DNA of 64,000 nt, taken from positions 41,602,001 to 41,666,000 of the forward strand of contig NC_086384.1 of assembly GCF_036588685.1 (NCBI RefSeq). Reading direction: 5' to 3'. Below the pieces are notes generated by a model. It did no database searches, was not told the DNA's origin, and saw only the letters and a program-made list of their open reading frames with translations. How positions within the stretch are numbered: position 1 is the first letter of the stretch; the number at the start of each line of letters is the position of its first letter. This stretch comes from Mytilus trossulus. Lineage: Eukaryota. Below are positions 1-13,900 of this stretch, one piece after another. The translations under genes and the position numbers were made by a program.

Positions 1-501
1 GATTTGCAATTCAATGGTTTGACTGTTTTTTCTATATAAAGAAAACTTGTTAATTAATCGTATTATACAAAATATTTAAACAAATATCATTTTGTTTGGT
101 TTTAAAATCATTTTTTTCAAATGAGCCATTTAAGGGGAGTTAACTCTTTTAGTACAAAATTTATACTGGGCTAATAGGGTTTTTTTATATTTTTACTTGT
201 AGCAAAAAAACAAGTTCGGTGACACTATGTTTTCTTTTTATTTTTTTAAAACATATTATGAAATCTTTCTTCTCACAATTTATTTCAAAATTCTATCTCA
301 TAGAATTTTTTTTATGCACACTAATGTGTTTTTTCATGAACAAACTAACCAATTTTTTGCAATTTTCAACGACTCATAGCGTGAAAAATAGCACGGTGAC
401 CCATACTTTTTATTAAATTTTTGAAAAGAGCATAGTAAAATCTTCATTTTGGCAAATTATTAAAAAAATCTGTCTCAAAAAATATATACTGGTGATCTAC
501 C
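1..501. mobile_element. Right end of a probable Kolobok-type non-autonomous DNA transposon
   Basis: Ends ...GGTGATCTACC followed by TTAA (GG terminus plus TTAA target, Kolobok-like). The left end is outside the window. Confidence 0.35.
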
Positions 502-1059
502 TTAATAAAAAAATAAGAAGATGTGATATGATTGTTAATGAGACAACTCTTATAACAGACAAAATAACACAGGAATGAACGTAAGACATTCAACAATGAG
601 TAAAATCCTATACCGCGTAATCAGCTTGAAAAGAAACAGAAAGACAAATGTAAAACCATTCGAAGGAAAAAAGTACTGCTTGATTTTTGTGCAAAATAAT
701 GGACGAAAAACAAATATGATACGCAATTACCCCTTGGTAACCCCTTGCAGCCGCTAACTTTTAAAATATCTCCCTTTAACGATCTCCCGAATAGAAGATC
801 ACTTTACCTGAGGCGAAAATATCTATATACATTATATAAAACTTAACCTCCGCAGGTGGGGAGGTGGGTAGGGTCAGACAGGTAAGAACAGATTTATCAT
901 AAACAATGTTTTCACTTTAAAAAACCATAGTTTATATCAAAATCTGTGCTTACCTGTCTGAAAAACATTTGCAAGGAATTTGCAGCATAAACCCAAAGGT
1001 GGTGGGTAAGAGGAAGAAAGTAACTAGTAAATAAAAAATATCTACTTTAATACTTCTTC

Positions 1060-2094
1060 TGTCTTTTGTTAGCTGTATGAAAAATTGCAGCTTTTGCAAA
1101 CCGAGATTCCAAATCTGGTACATCCTTCAAGTAATATGAGGTGAATGTTGTCTCATTTGACCAATGAGCTGCTCTTAAAATTTATTGAGAGGAAAGTCCA
1201 TTGAATAAAGCCCAAGAAGTTGAGAGCTTTCTTGTATCATTAGCTCTCACAAACTGAAGTGTGTCTGTATCTGCATATTCATATGCATATTTACCCGTGT
1301 TCGCAATCCATCGTGCAATGGAATTCTTAGAAGCCTCTACATGATGATTCTTTTGATATGTTACAAAGAGTCTTTGTGATTTGCGCAAAACTTCAGTTCT
1401 TTTTATATAAGCTAGTAGTGCTCTACAAGGTACAGCAGTAAATCGTTTGGATCTGTAGCATAGTTTTCAAATTTGGAAATGAATACTGGTTCCTATGGTT
1501 TATTCAAAGCTTGAGTTTTAGCAAGAAATTGCATATTTGGCAACAACCGTATACCTCTTTGCTCTTTCCTGAAATGTTTGTCATTAATAGTGAAACTGTG
1601 TAATTCACAGAATCTTGCAGCAGAAGCAAATGTCATAAGAAAAACTGTCTTTAAGGTTAAATATTTCAATTCTGCCTCCTCTAGTGGTTAAAAGATGTCA
1701 TTGTCAACAATAGCAAAACCAACTGCACATCCCAATTTGGCGCCGACTGCCTTATCGGTGGATTAATGTTGTACAATTCTTTAAATAAATTACGCAAATC
1801 TATGTTAATAGAAATTCTATCTTTAGATGAATGTATTTAAGCTATTGCTGACTTGTAACCAGCTAAAGTGCTTGGCTTACAATTCTTTACAGTATGTAAA
1901 AACATAAGAAATTCAGCAATTTCTGGCACAGTTGACGTACTGAGATAGTTACTCCATCCTTGACACCAGCTGTCAAATAGCTTGAGTCTTACTTTATAAA
2001 CTTTCTGTGCTGATTGTTTTCGTGCATTGGAAATAATTGAAGCAATTTTTGGTGAAAATCCTTTTGCAGTGTAAGATCTTTTGACACTTTCCAA
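1060..2094 (-). pseudogene. DIRS tyrosine recombinase remnant
   Basis: ORFs 1837-2094 (SAM-like N-terminus) and 1182-1388 (degenerate HSTR box, 'NDTRK'), linked by a stop/frameshift-riddled LKTVFL..ASAAR segment. Confidence 0.8.
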
Positions 2095-2141
2095 GCTACA
2101 GATTTAGAACACTTGGATTTGGACGAAGAATTCCATTTTGA

Positions 2142-3497
2142 CTAAATAGATTTTGTTGGAAAGGCAGTTGTATTGGAAATTCTATCAACAGGTTGAGAAG
2201 TTAACTGTACCACGTCTGTCTCGGTCACATTGGCGCTATCAGTAAAATTACACAGTCCTCTTTCTGTATTTTTTGTAATACTCTGTTTAGAATGATCGGT
2301 GGGGAATGCATAAGCAAATAGATTTGTCCAATTCATTGACAGCGCATCTATTGACACTGCTGTTTCTTCCGGCCAAGGAGATCAGAACACTGGCTGCTTC
2401 TTGTTCATTGAAGTCGCAAACAGATCTATTTCTGATGTTCCTAGCTGAAGGAACAACAAATTCACTATTGTCATATTTAATGCCCATTCTGTCAAACGAA
2501 TGGTCATTTTCCCCCTTGACAGGGCCTCTGCTATAATATTCTTTTTCCCCGGAATATGAACAGCTTGGATTTTGACATTGTGATTTATACACCATTTCAA
2601 AAGATCCCATGCCAAGAAACAAAGGTATGGGGATCGCGTACCTCCCTGTTTGTTCAGATAACTGACGACAGTTGCATTGTCTGTTCTCACTAGCACACTT
2701 TTGAATTGTACTTTTATCAGAAATGTTTGCAGTGCTAACTCGACAGTTTTGAGTTCTAGCCAATTGATGTGTTTCACTTTGTACTGAGGCGACCAAACAC
2801 CTGCTATCTGATAATTGTTTATATGAGCTCCCCATCCCGACTGTGTAGAGGTGGTCTCCACCAAGCTAGAAGATAAAGCTGAAGTGGTCTCATATGCAGT
2901 CGGGCCCATGGAACTAAATCTACATGTATGCATGAAGCAATTAGACCAAGTAGTCTCAACATTACACGTGCCTCTACTGTTTGTGAATTTAGGAATATTT
3001 GAATCATCTGACTTATATTTTTTAATCTCTCTAGAGACGGAAACACAAGACCTTCTTTTAAGTGAATCACTGCTCCTAAATACTCTATTATTTGAGTCGA
3101 AATTAAACAAGATTTTTTCACATTGATTATCAATCCCAGATTTTTCAACAATTCTTGAGTGTACTGTAATTGTTTTGTCAGTTTTACTTTGCTGCTGTTT
3201 TTTAACATCCAATGGTCCAGGTACATAAATATGTGAATCATTTGTTTTCACAAAAACGCACCTACTACTGCCATCACTTTTGTGAAAATCCTTGGAGCCG
3301 ATCGTAGACCGAATGGTTGAGCTCGGTATTGATACTTTTTTCCCAAAATGCTGAAGCGAAGAAATTTTCTGTAATGTTTGTGAATGGGGATATGGAAATA
3401 TGCATCTTGCAAATCCAGTTTTACTGCCCAGTCCTTTATTTTCAGACTTTTTATAATTGATCGGAGGATATACAGCTATAAACGACAACCACATCAA
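2142..3497 (-). pseudogene. DIRS pol remnant (RT/RNase H/MT), multiple frameshifts
   Basis: ORF-track pieces 2382-3497, 2819-3241 and 2142-2357 carry consecutive RT, RNase H and MT motifs in different frames. Confidence 0.85.
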
Positions 3498-4656
3498 CTC
3501 ACAAGAACATCAGCTCAGCCTCGAGGGATTTGTGATCCAATATCGCACGTGTTCTTGAGTATGAACAACAAAAGGGCATAAAAAACGTAGCCAAAAAATA
3601 AACAACACTGCCAAAGGAAATTGTAAACTCAGTTTAAGTACCTTTAGGCATTTTATACTGCATTCGTTCTATAAGAGCAGTCAAAATGCATTGACTGTAT
3701 ATTTCAATGTCATATACAGTCACTGACCCGATAGCACTTTTCCTCGTGAATATTCATATAAAAGTTGCCGAAACTATATTCAATTATTCATACGACCTCT
3801 TCAACCTGTTCTTGTTTCCAATGTACACAACGGAGACTGGAACGACTCAAACTTATTACTTCTACAATTTTTGGAAAAGCATATTCACTTGTCATTATGT
3901 TGTATGCTTATAGTTGATATTTTAGTCCATACTTATTCAAATTTGTTCACCAGCGATTGCGGTAATGTACATGTTCATCATGATGTATATTTCTCCGCCT
4001 GATACGAGGCCTTTCTAAAGGTGGCATTTTTTTCAAATATTTAAATCAAATAAATAACATTAACACATTAAACAGTATTAATTTAGATAATAATAGTGCA
4101 TTCACTTGACATATAAACGATATAAGAATTCGCCCTGAAACGGGGGTACTAGTAATGTTATTATTGTTAATCGGTCAATACCTCTGTTAGTTGACTGATA
4201 GTACCGAAGCGTATAACCAGCCTAAAAGCCAGTGCACTAAAAAAAAGTAAGAAAAGAAAACCAAAATACCAATATAGAAATCTCAAAACAGAAAGTCTCT
4301 TCAAAAATGGCAATTTCAATTGCCTAAATAAATGTTTTATCCTGATTTTGAACATGCATTGCCTTACATAGAAATTGTTGGATTAAAACGGGTTTCGTGG
4401 TTACCTTACTCTCTCACTTGTATGACAGTTGCATAAATTCTATTATATTGACAACAATATGGGAGCAAAACAATAAGATGTGTTAGGTAAAAATGTGAAA
4501 AACAGTAAACATTGTGTTATTATTATGGTAGCTTAACTTATAATGTTATATTATATACTCATAATATTTGAATTGATAATTTTATAGTGGAGGCATGCAG
4601 TCAAAAAAGTATTATATTTAATATTAACAACTTGAATCCTTACTTTTTCAATGCTA

Positions 4657-5050
4657 TATCAGACTCGGACTTCTCTTGAACTGAATTTTAATGTGCGTAT
4701 TGTTATGCGTTTATCTTTCTACATTGGTTAGAGGTATAGGGGGAGGGTTGAGATCTCACAAACATGTTTAACCCCGCCGCATTTTTGCGCCTGTCCCAAG
4801 TCAGGAGCCTCTGGCCTTTGTTAGTCTTGTATTATTTTTATATTAGTTTCTTGTGTACAATTTGGAAATTAGTATGGCGTTCATTATCACTGAACTAGTA
4901 TATATTTGTTTAGGGGCCAGCTGAAGGACGCCTCCGGGTGCGGGAATTTCTCGCTACATTGAAGACCTGTTGGTGACCTTCTGCTGTTGTTTTTTATTTG
5001 GTCGGGTTGTTGTCTCTTTGACACATTCCCCATTTCCATTCTCAATTTTA
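4657..5050 (+). mobile_element. 3' fragment of the Penelope-like retroelement family also at 38480-42320
   Basis: Near-identical to 41930-42320; ends ...CATTCCCCATTTCCATTCTCAATTTTA. Confidence 0.75.
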
Positions 5051-6686
5051 TATGTTTGTTTTGTTTAATATCTATCGTTTTGTCATTAATATGTCTGTTT
5101 GTTTGTTTTGGTTTTGTTTTGGTTTGTTTAATTAGTAACAATTCTAATGTTTGGATTTTAAATTAATAAAATTATAATTCTTATTCTTATTTTATTCTTA
5201 ATCACTATAGAAACAAACCAATATGTCAACAATGAACAACAAAATTATATGTAGACACTCTATAAACAAAGCACATAAGCAAATATCAAAATGTGTGAAC
5301 AATCTAAGGTTAAAATGTGAATAACAATTATTTATTTTATTCTTTCTTGTTTTGTATTATATAAGTAATGAAGCACTGGATATTGGATATCGGTTAACTA
5401 CTGCAGATAATTTTCGATATTACATATTTTTTTATAAGAATTATTTCCCTTGGCTACAATTTGGCGGGATAAATGATTGATTTTCTTATTTGGCTGATCA
5501 CATTGAAAATGCCGAAAAATAATTCTATTAAACGATCCTTTGTATATCATAGTGATGTATCAAACACGACTTTGATAAACTAAAATAATTCAGAAATCAG
5601 CTTTTATAAGTCCAGCAGTCAGTTTAATGGGACTGTGATTTTACAATGAGGAACAACAAAAGAACTGTTCCTTTGCTTTTGTGTGCTTTTGCTGAACATA
5701 TACTCGGGTGTCATAGATGGATATCCTATATCTTTTGTTTGTCTACTATTACAAGTTGAACTTGACCGATTTATGAAGGAATATATGCACCTAGACCTCC
5801 AACATAGCGACAATACGGAAATAATTCTTTCTCAAATTATTTACATTAATGTATGATAATATTAGTCTTGGTAATGGTCGAAGTAGCCTTGTGACAGATT
5901 TTAGAACCGCTTAAAACAGTTTTATATCGCTAATTAAAGGATTTTAGACAATAAATAATACAACTCTACATCAAATGGCATAGACAACTGTTAGTCACCT
6001 TACAACCTTCCACAATGAACAAAACTTATAACGCATACTACGCTATAAAAGACCCCGAAATGACCATTGTAAAACAATTCAAACAAGACAAATAACGGTC
6101 TGATTTATATACAAAACACTAGCAGGCTCCTGTATGACTTTGGACAGGCAAATACAGAAAGCAGTGCGGTTAAAAATATTTGCAGGCACCAACCCTCTCC
6201 TAACCAGGGACAGTGGTGTAACGCTGCAACCTAAGAACAAACGATCATTTAAGAAGGAGAGGGGTTTATATATATCTGCGAAAACTAATATAACAAAAGC
6301 TAACACAGCAACTTAATGAAACGGCTATATAGTATGTCCACATGCACACTATAAGAAAAATCTTATAAAACTTAAAGTAAAAATATATAAGACCAATCAA
6401 AAGTTGTACATGTTGTAAGGAAAGGGAGGTAACTCTAAATTATTTAAAATATTGCGAATTTGTATTCAGCGCCCGGTGTGGGATTTTCTCGCTGTATTGA
6501 AGACCCATTGGTGGTCTTCAGCTGTTTTCTGCTCTTTTGGTCGGGTTGTGGTCTCGTTGACGCATACCCCATTCCCATTTTCAATTTTACCCCATATGTG
6601 GAAATGTTAAAGAGAAAGAAAACAAATCGATTGCCGCTCTACTTTCACTGCATAAGTTAAAAAGCCTACGAGTACACGTACTTGAA

Positions 6687-7515
6687 GATAAAATTGAGAA
6701 TGGAAATGGGGAAGGTGTCAAAGAGACAATAACCCGACCATAGAAAAAAACAACAGCAGAAGGTCACCAACAGGTCTTCAATGCAGCGAGAAATTCCCGC
6801 ACCCGGAAGCATCCTTCAGCTGGCCCATAAACAAATATATACTAGTTCAGTGGTAATGAACGCCATACTAATTTCCAAATTGTACACAAGAAACTAAAAT
6901 TAAAATAATACAAGACTAAAAAAGGCCAGAGGCGCCTGACTTGGGACAGGCGCAAAAATGCGGCGGGGTTAAACTTGTTTGTGAGATCTCAACCCTCCCC
7001 CTATACCTCTAACCAATGTAGAAAAGTAAACGCATAACAATACGCACATCAAAATTCAGTTCAAGAGAAGTCCGAGTCTGATGTCAGAAGATGTAACCAA
7101 AGAAAATAAACAAAAAGACAATAATACATAAATAACAACAGACTACTAGCAGTTAACTGACATGCCAGCTCCAGACTTCAATTAAACTGACTGAAAGATT
7201 ATGATGTCATCATATGAACATCAGGCATAATCCTTCTCGTTAGGGGTTTAGTATACCATCCTAACATATATGAGAAGAACATAGACCGTGTCATGCCAAC
7301 ATTTGGACTTTGAATAAATGTGTTTAGTTCCGATGCAAAGACCCTATAAGTGAATCAATATCAACGCCAAAATATGCAATCTTTAATGATCTGACAACAG
7401 TATCGTAACTATATCTCTTCTTAATAAGTTTATTCAAAGGTTTTGTTAGTTTCTGAGGTGAATACTGACACCTTTGTGCTTTATAAAGAATATTTCCATA
7501 AAAAATTGGATGTGA
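6687..7515 (-). mobile_element. 5'-truncated copy of the same Penelope-like element (RT C-terminus plus 3' region)
   Basis: Reverse complement matches 41515-42320, including the end of the RT-coding region. Confidence 0.8.
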
Positions 7516-10500
7516 GAAAAACCTGATGTATTTTAAACGACAAAGGAGAGTTCAAAAGAATTGAACAGTTCTGTAGGAGTTGCTAGATAACAAATTCAAT
7601 ATTCTTTGTACACCTTTCAGTCACGAAACAGTTGCTTTTTAGAATTTGTTTGCCAAAATAGAAACCATGCGTGCGTCTTTTTTAGTCAGCTTCGAGATGT
7701 AAAAAACACTTATATTTCCCGATAAAATAACTTTGATATGACACTCTAGTTTTGATTTGTAAAATAAGAAATTCCATGTACAAGCACGTGGCATCAAAAT
7801 TGATATGCATATGAGCTCGGAAAAGAAAGCAAATGAAACATCAAAAATTTTCAACTAAGCATTTGATTTAAGAAATAACATATCCAAATTCAATATTGAG
7901 TGTGTCGAACCTACTAACTATAGGACTTTTTAAACATTTTTCTTAATGCACTCTCTTTTCAAGACCGTATTTTCAAATACGAACAAATATTCTTAATTAT
8001 AACAATGCCTTGAGAAAATTCTGAGAATTTTATGTTTTGTCTTGTGTACTATTATTTGTATTTTGTCTTTTTCATTTTAGTTATGGCGTTGCCAGTTTAT
8101 TTTCGATGTATGAGTTTGACTGTCCCTCTGGAATATATCGCCCCTCTTTTATGGGAGTATTGCCTACCTCCAGCAAAGTGCAAGTTTTTTAAATAAAAGA
8201 GTGATGTTGAGGCTTAAAAATTCAACATTTAATTCTGCAAATTTGAGAAAAGGTAAAATACTGTAATAATTTCATTCAAGGACAAAATTTCCCCAAGTTA
8301 TAACTTATATATGATCAATTTAAAGATATTTATAATAATTATGATTAATAAGGACTGATATCACTGACATACGGGTCACTTATAATAAGACAAACAAAAA
8401 CCTTTAACAATTTCTTCTGTTATTGTATATAAATATATTTATGCATTGCATTTCAAATCTTTTCATTAAAGCGACAAGAGAAATAAATTAAAAATCCTAA
8501 TATTGTTACTTAAACCTCAAATATGTACCTAGTTTAGGGTTAATGAAAGTCTTGATTTAAATGTTCTGTGTAAAGTTTATAGCGCTTTATCAAATAACAT
8601 TGAAAGTTACTAAATGGCGGCTTTGTTCATTTTCAATATAAAAAATTCACGATATTGTCCGTTTAAAAAGAAATTATTTTTCACTTTTCTTTAATTTAAA
8701 CACGGGCTTTGTTACAGTCATGAGCCTTACTTGAATTTTCATAAATATCTGCCAACATGAGATGAGGGTAGGTTTTTTTATGACTTTTTAAAAAATGTAT
8801 GTAAAACATTTATTCTATAATGTAATATATTTTTTTTCTATTTTAGAGAATAATAAATATTCAAATTTGCAAGAGAGGCAAACGGGAACATGTTCCTAGT
8901 AAAACAAACTTCGCAATCAATATGTTCAACGATTTTCAATGACTTTATAAATTAAATATTTCAGTTTCATACCGGAAAATCTATTCAAACAATAACAACA
9001 AATTGAGACAAGGGGACCTGTTGTCTTTTTACTTTGTTAGTTTTCCGGTAATGTTTTTATAGAGTTCGAAAATTATGATGTTGATTGAATACTGTAAAAC
9101 CATCTTTAAGTATTGCTTTTATATGTACTCTCAGGGGCGGACCAAGCCATTTTAAAATGGGGGTTCCCAACCCAGAGTAAAAGGGGGTGGGGTTTAATTA
9201 CTTTTAGTATCAACAAATTATAACATACATGAATATATAAATATAACGAAACAGTGACGAACAGTTTAGGCGTTACATCCTGCTGATACTTAAATTTTAT
9301 CATGGCACAAGTCGTGTTTTTCTCAAACTGGTTGTAGCGTCATTGCTACCAATTCAATAAATGAGTTCAAACTGGTATTCGAGTCTTTGAAACATGACTT
9401 ATTTATCATTGTATATTGTAATTGAACTGTCAGTACTAATACTTTGTATATATAATGAAACGTCGCACGCTACTGGTGTTACTTTGGTGAAATCGCGGAC
9501 AAGACACATTCATCTTGTTAATTTTTAAACATAAACAATGATATTATGAAGTGTTGTATATCGTTTGAAAGCTTTTAAACTCTTCTTTCAGGATATTACA
9601 ATTTTGTATATATAACAGACCATTTTCATTCATAAAAACTCAATAAAACCTTTATTTTGCAATATTATTTCCTTGTCCCGCGTTACACTTTTAGTTTTGT
9701 GAAATTCTGAATACCGTAAAAAACATATAATCTTTTTTACCAAACGATATAAAAGTTTGTCTAGAACAAGCAATTTATAAGTGGGCGATGAAGTACTGTC
9801 AATTTTTCTCTCTCGAAAAGACGGAAATATAAGAAAAAGGGATCAAGATGATACAAATTATGTGTCCCATGCAAAAAAGGTTGCCGTAATTTTTTTTAAA
9901 TTGTCCCAAAAAGGGAATTCCAGAGCAATCCCCATGTCGAAAGTAAATAATTCTTATACTAGTAATTTGTACAAAGATCACACTTTCACCTCATGCAATA
10001 ATCAGGAAATTTTAAAACAAATTCTTTTTATTCGAGTTGATTAGCAATGTCCGACATTTTGTCCCCTTCAAACCAAATTAAACGTAGGGTTACGTTTGCT
10101 GTGTTCTCATGATGTTTATATAATACAGTGCCATACGCTACATATTTTTTTTTATAATGGATAAAAGTACAAACAGTTATCTCTATTTTGGTATTAAATT
10201 CCCATAGATTAAATCTAATATACAAAATATCAGATAAAACTAAAATGTCCGATACAATGTCCCCACACACGATTTTGACGTTATTTTTAAATGGCTGTCT
10301 ATGAGAAAACCATGCAAAATATGAAAATAATTATGAAAGGTATTTTGGAGATTGTAGTGCATTTTGGGTTTTTTATAAAGTATTTGGTACATCTAAAAGA
10401 CCTGTGGTTGAAAATTTACATTTTCCCTCAAATTCAGTAAATTATGGGTTATTCTATTTTTGGTCCTAAATTTGCTTAAAATGGTGTTAAAATCTATACA

Positions 10501-10946
10501 TTTCTTGATTTGTTTAAAAAGTAATTCAAAATAAATATTTTTATTTTTTCTTTTTTAATCATAAAGTTAAGATGTTGTTCTAAAATATTATGCAAAAGGA
10601 TTCTTCTATTCTCCCTCTGTATTTTCTGTATATTAATTTAAAAAAATGTTTTTTATAAAAATTGAATAAAAACTTGTACTTCAGATGGTTATAAAACCTC
10701 AAAAGTCACTCATTTTTTAATAAAATTTTGTATAGTGTTATATTTTAATATACACTAAATGTATGTAATTGGAATTCAGTTGCAAAATAATAATAGCTGA
10801 GTAAAAAAAAAAGAGTGATAAGGTAAAAACAATCAACAGTTAATTATCTCCCCTTGTTCCCAAGGAAGGAACTCTTCATATTAGAGATAGATTAAGTATT
10901 AAATAACATTAGGAGGGAAACTACTTCAAACAACAAAGATGACAGA

Positions 10947-13900
10947 ATGATGACAGGACAGTTTAACCAATGTGCATTTGATGAAAATTGTAAAGAGACA
11001 GAGTTGTTTTCACTAAAAGAATGTAACAAAGACACCATAAGTCATTTAAGATTTTTCAAATGTGGGACAGACATGAATATTCCAGAATCACTTCGTGCTG
11101 GGTTGGGTCTCAGACTTTCAAATGTGATCGACAAATATATATGCAACCAACACCGACAACAGTATGGACTGCAGTGGAAGAGAAAGAAAAGAACTTGCTG
11201 CCATCCATTGCATGACATTGCAAAATCAGCTAAAGTGGCCAGAGGCATCAATCTCACGCAAAGCAGGGAAATTTGGCTCAAGTTAAACTTGAACATAGCA
11301 GTTGGTTCTGGTAAGAAAAATAATGATATGTTTATAAATATAAAAATGGCAAGATACTCGTCTTCCTTGGAATATATAAATAAATCCTGCTTATTGAAGA
11401 TCCTGCCCCCCCCCCTTTCTCAAAAAAGAACAACATCAATTCATAACAAAAAAGACTGTACAGCGACAGGCCAACACTAACTCAGTAACTGATACAAATG
11501 GCAACTTTTATAGCTTGAATGTTTTATTTTTATAAACTGAATGCAATGTTTATTTATCCCTACAATAACTAGTCCGAGATTACTTTGACGTCCAACGGCT
11601 GTTTTGCCAGACAAGCTGGGGCCGGGGTCCAACGGCCCAAGCTTGTCTGGCAAAATAGCCGTTGGATGTCAGAGTAATCTCCACTATACAATAACATGTA
11701 TATGACAAAATGGAATATTTATAGATTATTACATGGCAAAAGCCCTCGGTTCGATATGGGAGTCTCGGGCTGATAATAGGGCCGATATGGAAAATGCCAT
11801 GTAATAATCTATTTATCACATATTTAGCAATTGAAAATTAAACGAGCTAAAGAGTAAACATGGTAAACATTGAATAAAGAGTGTTTATTTGTTTATTTTA
11901 TTTCTGTCATTTGTTTTTGTATGTTCGTTCTTCATTCTTTATTTGTCACATTTTCAAGATTCCTCAATAATTTCCGTAACCACATCTGGTCCTTTCCGAC
12001 AATGAACGAAGACTTATTGTTACTAGCAAAGACGTCATTATATAGAACGTCGCTCAAAAAATAAAAGAATTATTTATTTCGTTTGAACGCTGATATTTTT
12101 TTGTAAACAGCATAGGGTAATATTTAAACATTGAGTAAGTCTCACAGATTGTACATGACTCTTCAAACAGAAAATTGAGGGCTTTTGCACGAGAGGGCCA
12201 ATATTGATTTTGCACGCGAGGGCAGATATGGCTCTCCCATTGGAATAGCAGAGGAAGCCCATATTGGCCCTGGTTCAGGCCGGTTATTTGCCCCGGGCAT
12301 CAATATGGCTAGGGCAATTATGTGGTTATTACATATGCAAAACTCTATGTATTTGTAACAAATATGTGATAAAGTTGAGTTATTGCCTCCTGACCTACAT
12401 TTCTACACTTTTGTGTGTCCAACATAAGGACACACTAAGGGTTAAGCACTGTTTTAAGTCCAGATATGAGGTATTGTTGGTTACATGTATAAAAATTTCC
12501 ATATTTGGTACATGTATATATTTATAAAATAATAAAGTCATTTAAAAATTTTACATAAACATTTACATTGTACATGTGTAAATAAAGGGATATGGAGGAA
12601 ATGTACATGGGACAATGTACATTTTGTATATATATATTGCATATAGAAAGAACAATGTATCCTTTTTATGCCTACATGATATTCACTTAAAACATTCAGA
12701 ACAGCACTAAAGTGGCCCCTGTTAGGCAGTAAAAGAATGTACATGTACTGAAGAAAGGACATATTGTAGGCTACTGAATCAGAGATTTATAATATGGACT
12801 CTCTAGTAGATCATACTTACATGTTGTACCTTGACCTTTTCAGATTCATCATGATCATAAAAGTTAAGAAAGTTTTGTGCTATTTGTTATTTATGTACAT
12901 GTATGTACTCTTAAATCAGTCTATTGTATGCAATCTTCACTAATATAATTATCAATTGAACTTTCATTAATAATATGAAAAACATCAAAGTGGTACATGC
13001 ATGACATGAACAATATATGTTCCACATTATGTCTGTTGGTAATTTATAAATGCAACAATGTTCATTTTTTTTATTTACAGGTGTCTGTCGCAGATGTATT
13101 GAGTCTCACAAGAATGAGTTACAGATAGGAACACATATGAAAGAAGAACTAAGAGGTACATCTAGCTGTAAAAATGATATAAATTGCATTATGACATTGA
13201 CATTATCAATTGTTGTTACATGTCTACAAAGATGAATTTTCAGTTTGATGAATTAGTACCATAAGAACCATGTTTAAGTTTGGTTAAAAAATTTAAAAGT
13301 GATACATAGATCATGCAGAGTTTCAGATTTTTTCCAGCTAATCAGGTTATAGTTTTTGGTTTAAATCAAATTTAAGTCCCATTAAACTGGAAACTAAAGC
13401 ACATCACAAAAATGAATACCATTAATGGAAAACTTTACTTTCAAATAGGTTTATACATTGTAACACCCCCTCAACACTGTTCTAGGGAGTATATAAATCA
13501 TCCTGTCTTTTTGTCTGTTCATATGTCTAGAAAGCAGAATTTATCATTAGATATACTGATACTGATAATTCTTTACACACTCTGTACTTGAAGATAATAC
13601 TGTGGGACTATCCAATATATTTCAAGGGAGATAATGGAAATGACCAATATCAAGTTTAAAGTGTGACATTGCATCCTTATCTGAGTTAACTCACATTTGT
13701 AGTTTTTATTGATAACCATAATTAACATGATTGTAATTATATGTATACTGTGAATTTAGAATTACTAAAATCTATATTTTTTTTTATAAATTTTAGAAAT
13801 ATGCAGTTTTCTTGAAAATGCAACAGACAGGATTGATACAGTTGAAAATGTAACTGGTACAATAGGTATTTATCAATATATATAAAAACATACATGTATT

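Larger units (their letters stand above)
860..3600 (-). mobile_element. Degenerate, 5'-truncated DIRS1-like tyrosine-recombinase retrotransposon (RT-RNaseH-methyltransferase-YR)
   Basis: Frameshifted minus-strand pieces: RT (KLDLQDAYFHIPI, PFGLRSAPRIFTK, YLDH for YLDD); RNase H (HINWLEL, VRTDNATVVSYLNKQGGTRS, HIPGKKNIIAEALSR); Dam-like MT (IDLFAT, DALSMNW..FAYAFP); integrase SAM-like and YR pieces (ARKQSAQKVY, DTRKLSTSWA, AAHWSNETTFTSYYLKDV). An inverted repeat CAGGTAAGAACAGATTT / AAATCTGTGCTTACCTG at ~879-956 resembles a DIRS terminal/ICR region. Confidence 0.9.

Noticed and set aside
4726-4830. HDV-like fold for the four-way-junction motif
   Set aside because: A P3/L3-like hairpin is present, but there is no P2' partner or conserved J4/2, and family B lacks the GG.
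4657-7090. ~400-bp inverted repeats suggesting a TIR transposon
   Set aside because: Two independent, oppositely oriented truncated copies of the same retroelement 3' end; unequal lengths and no TSD.
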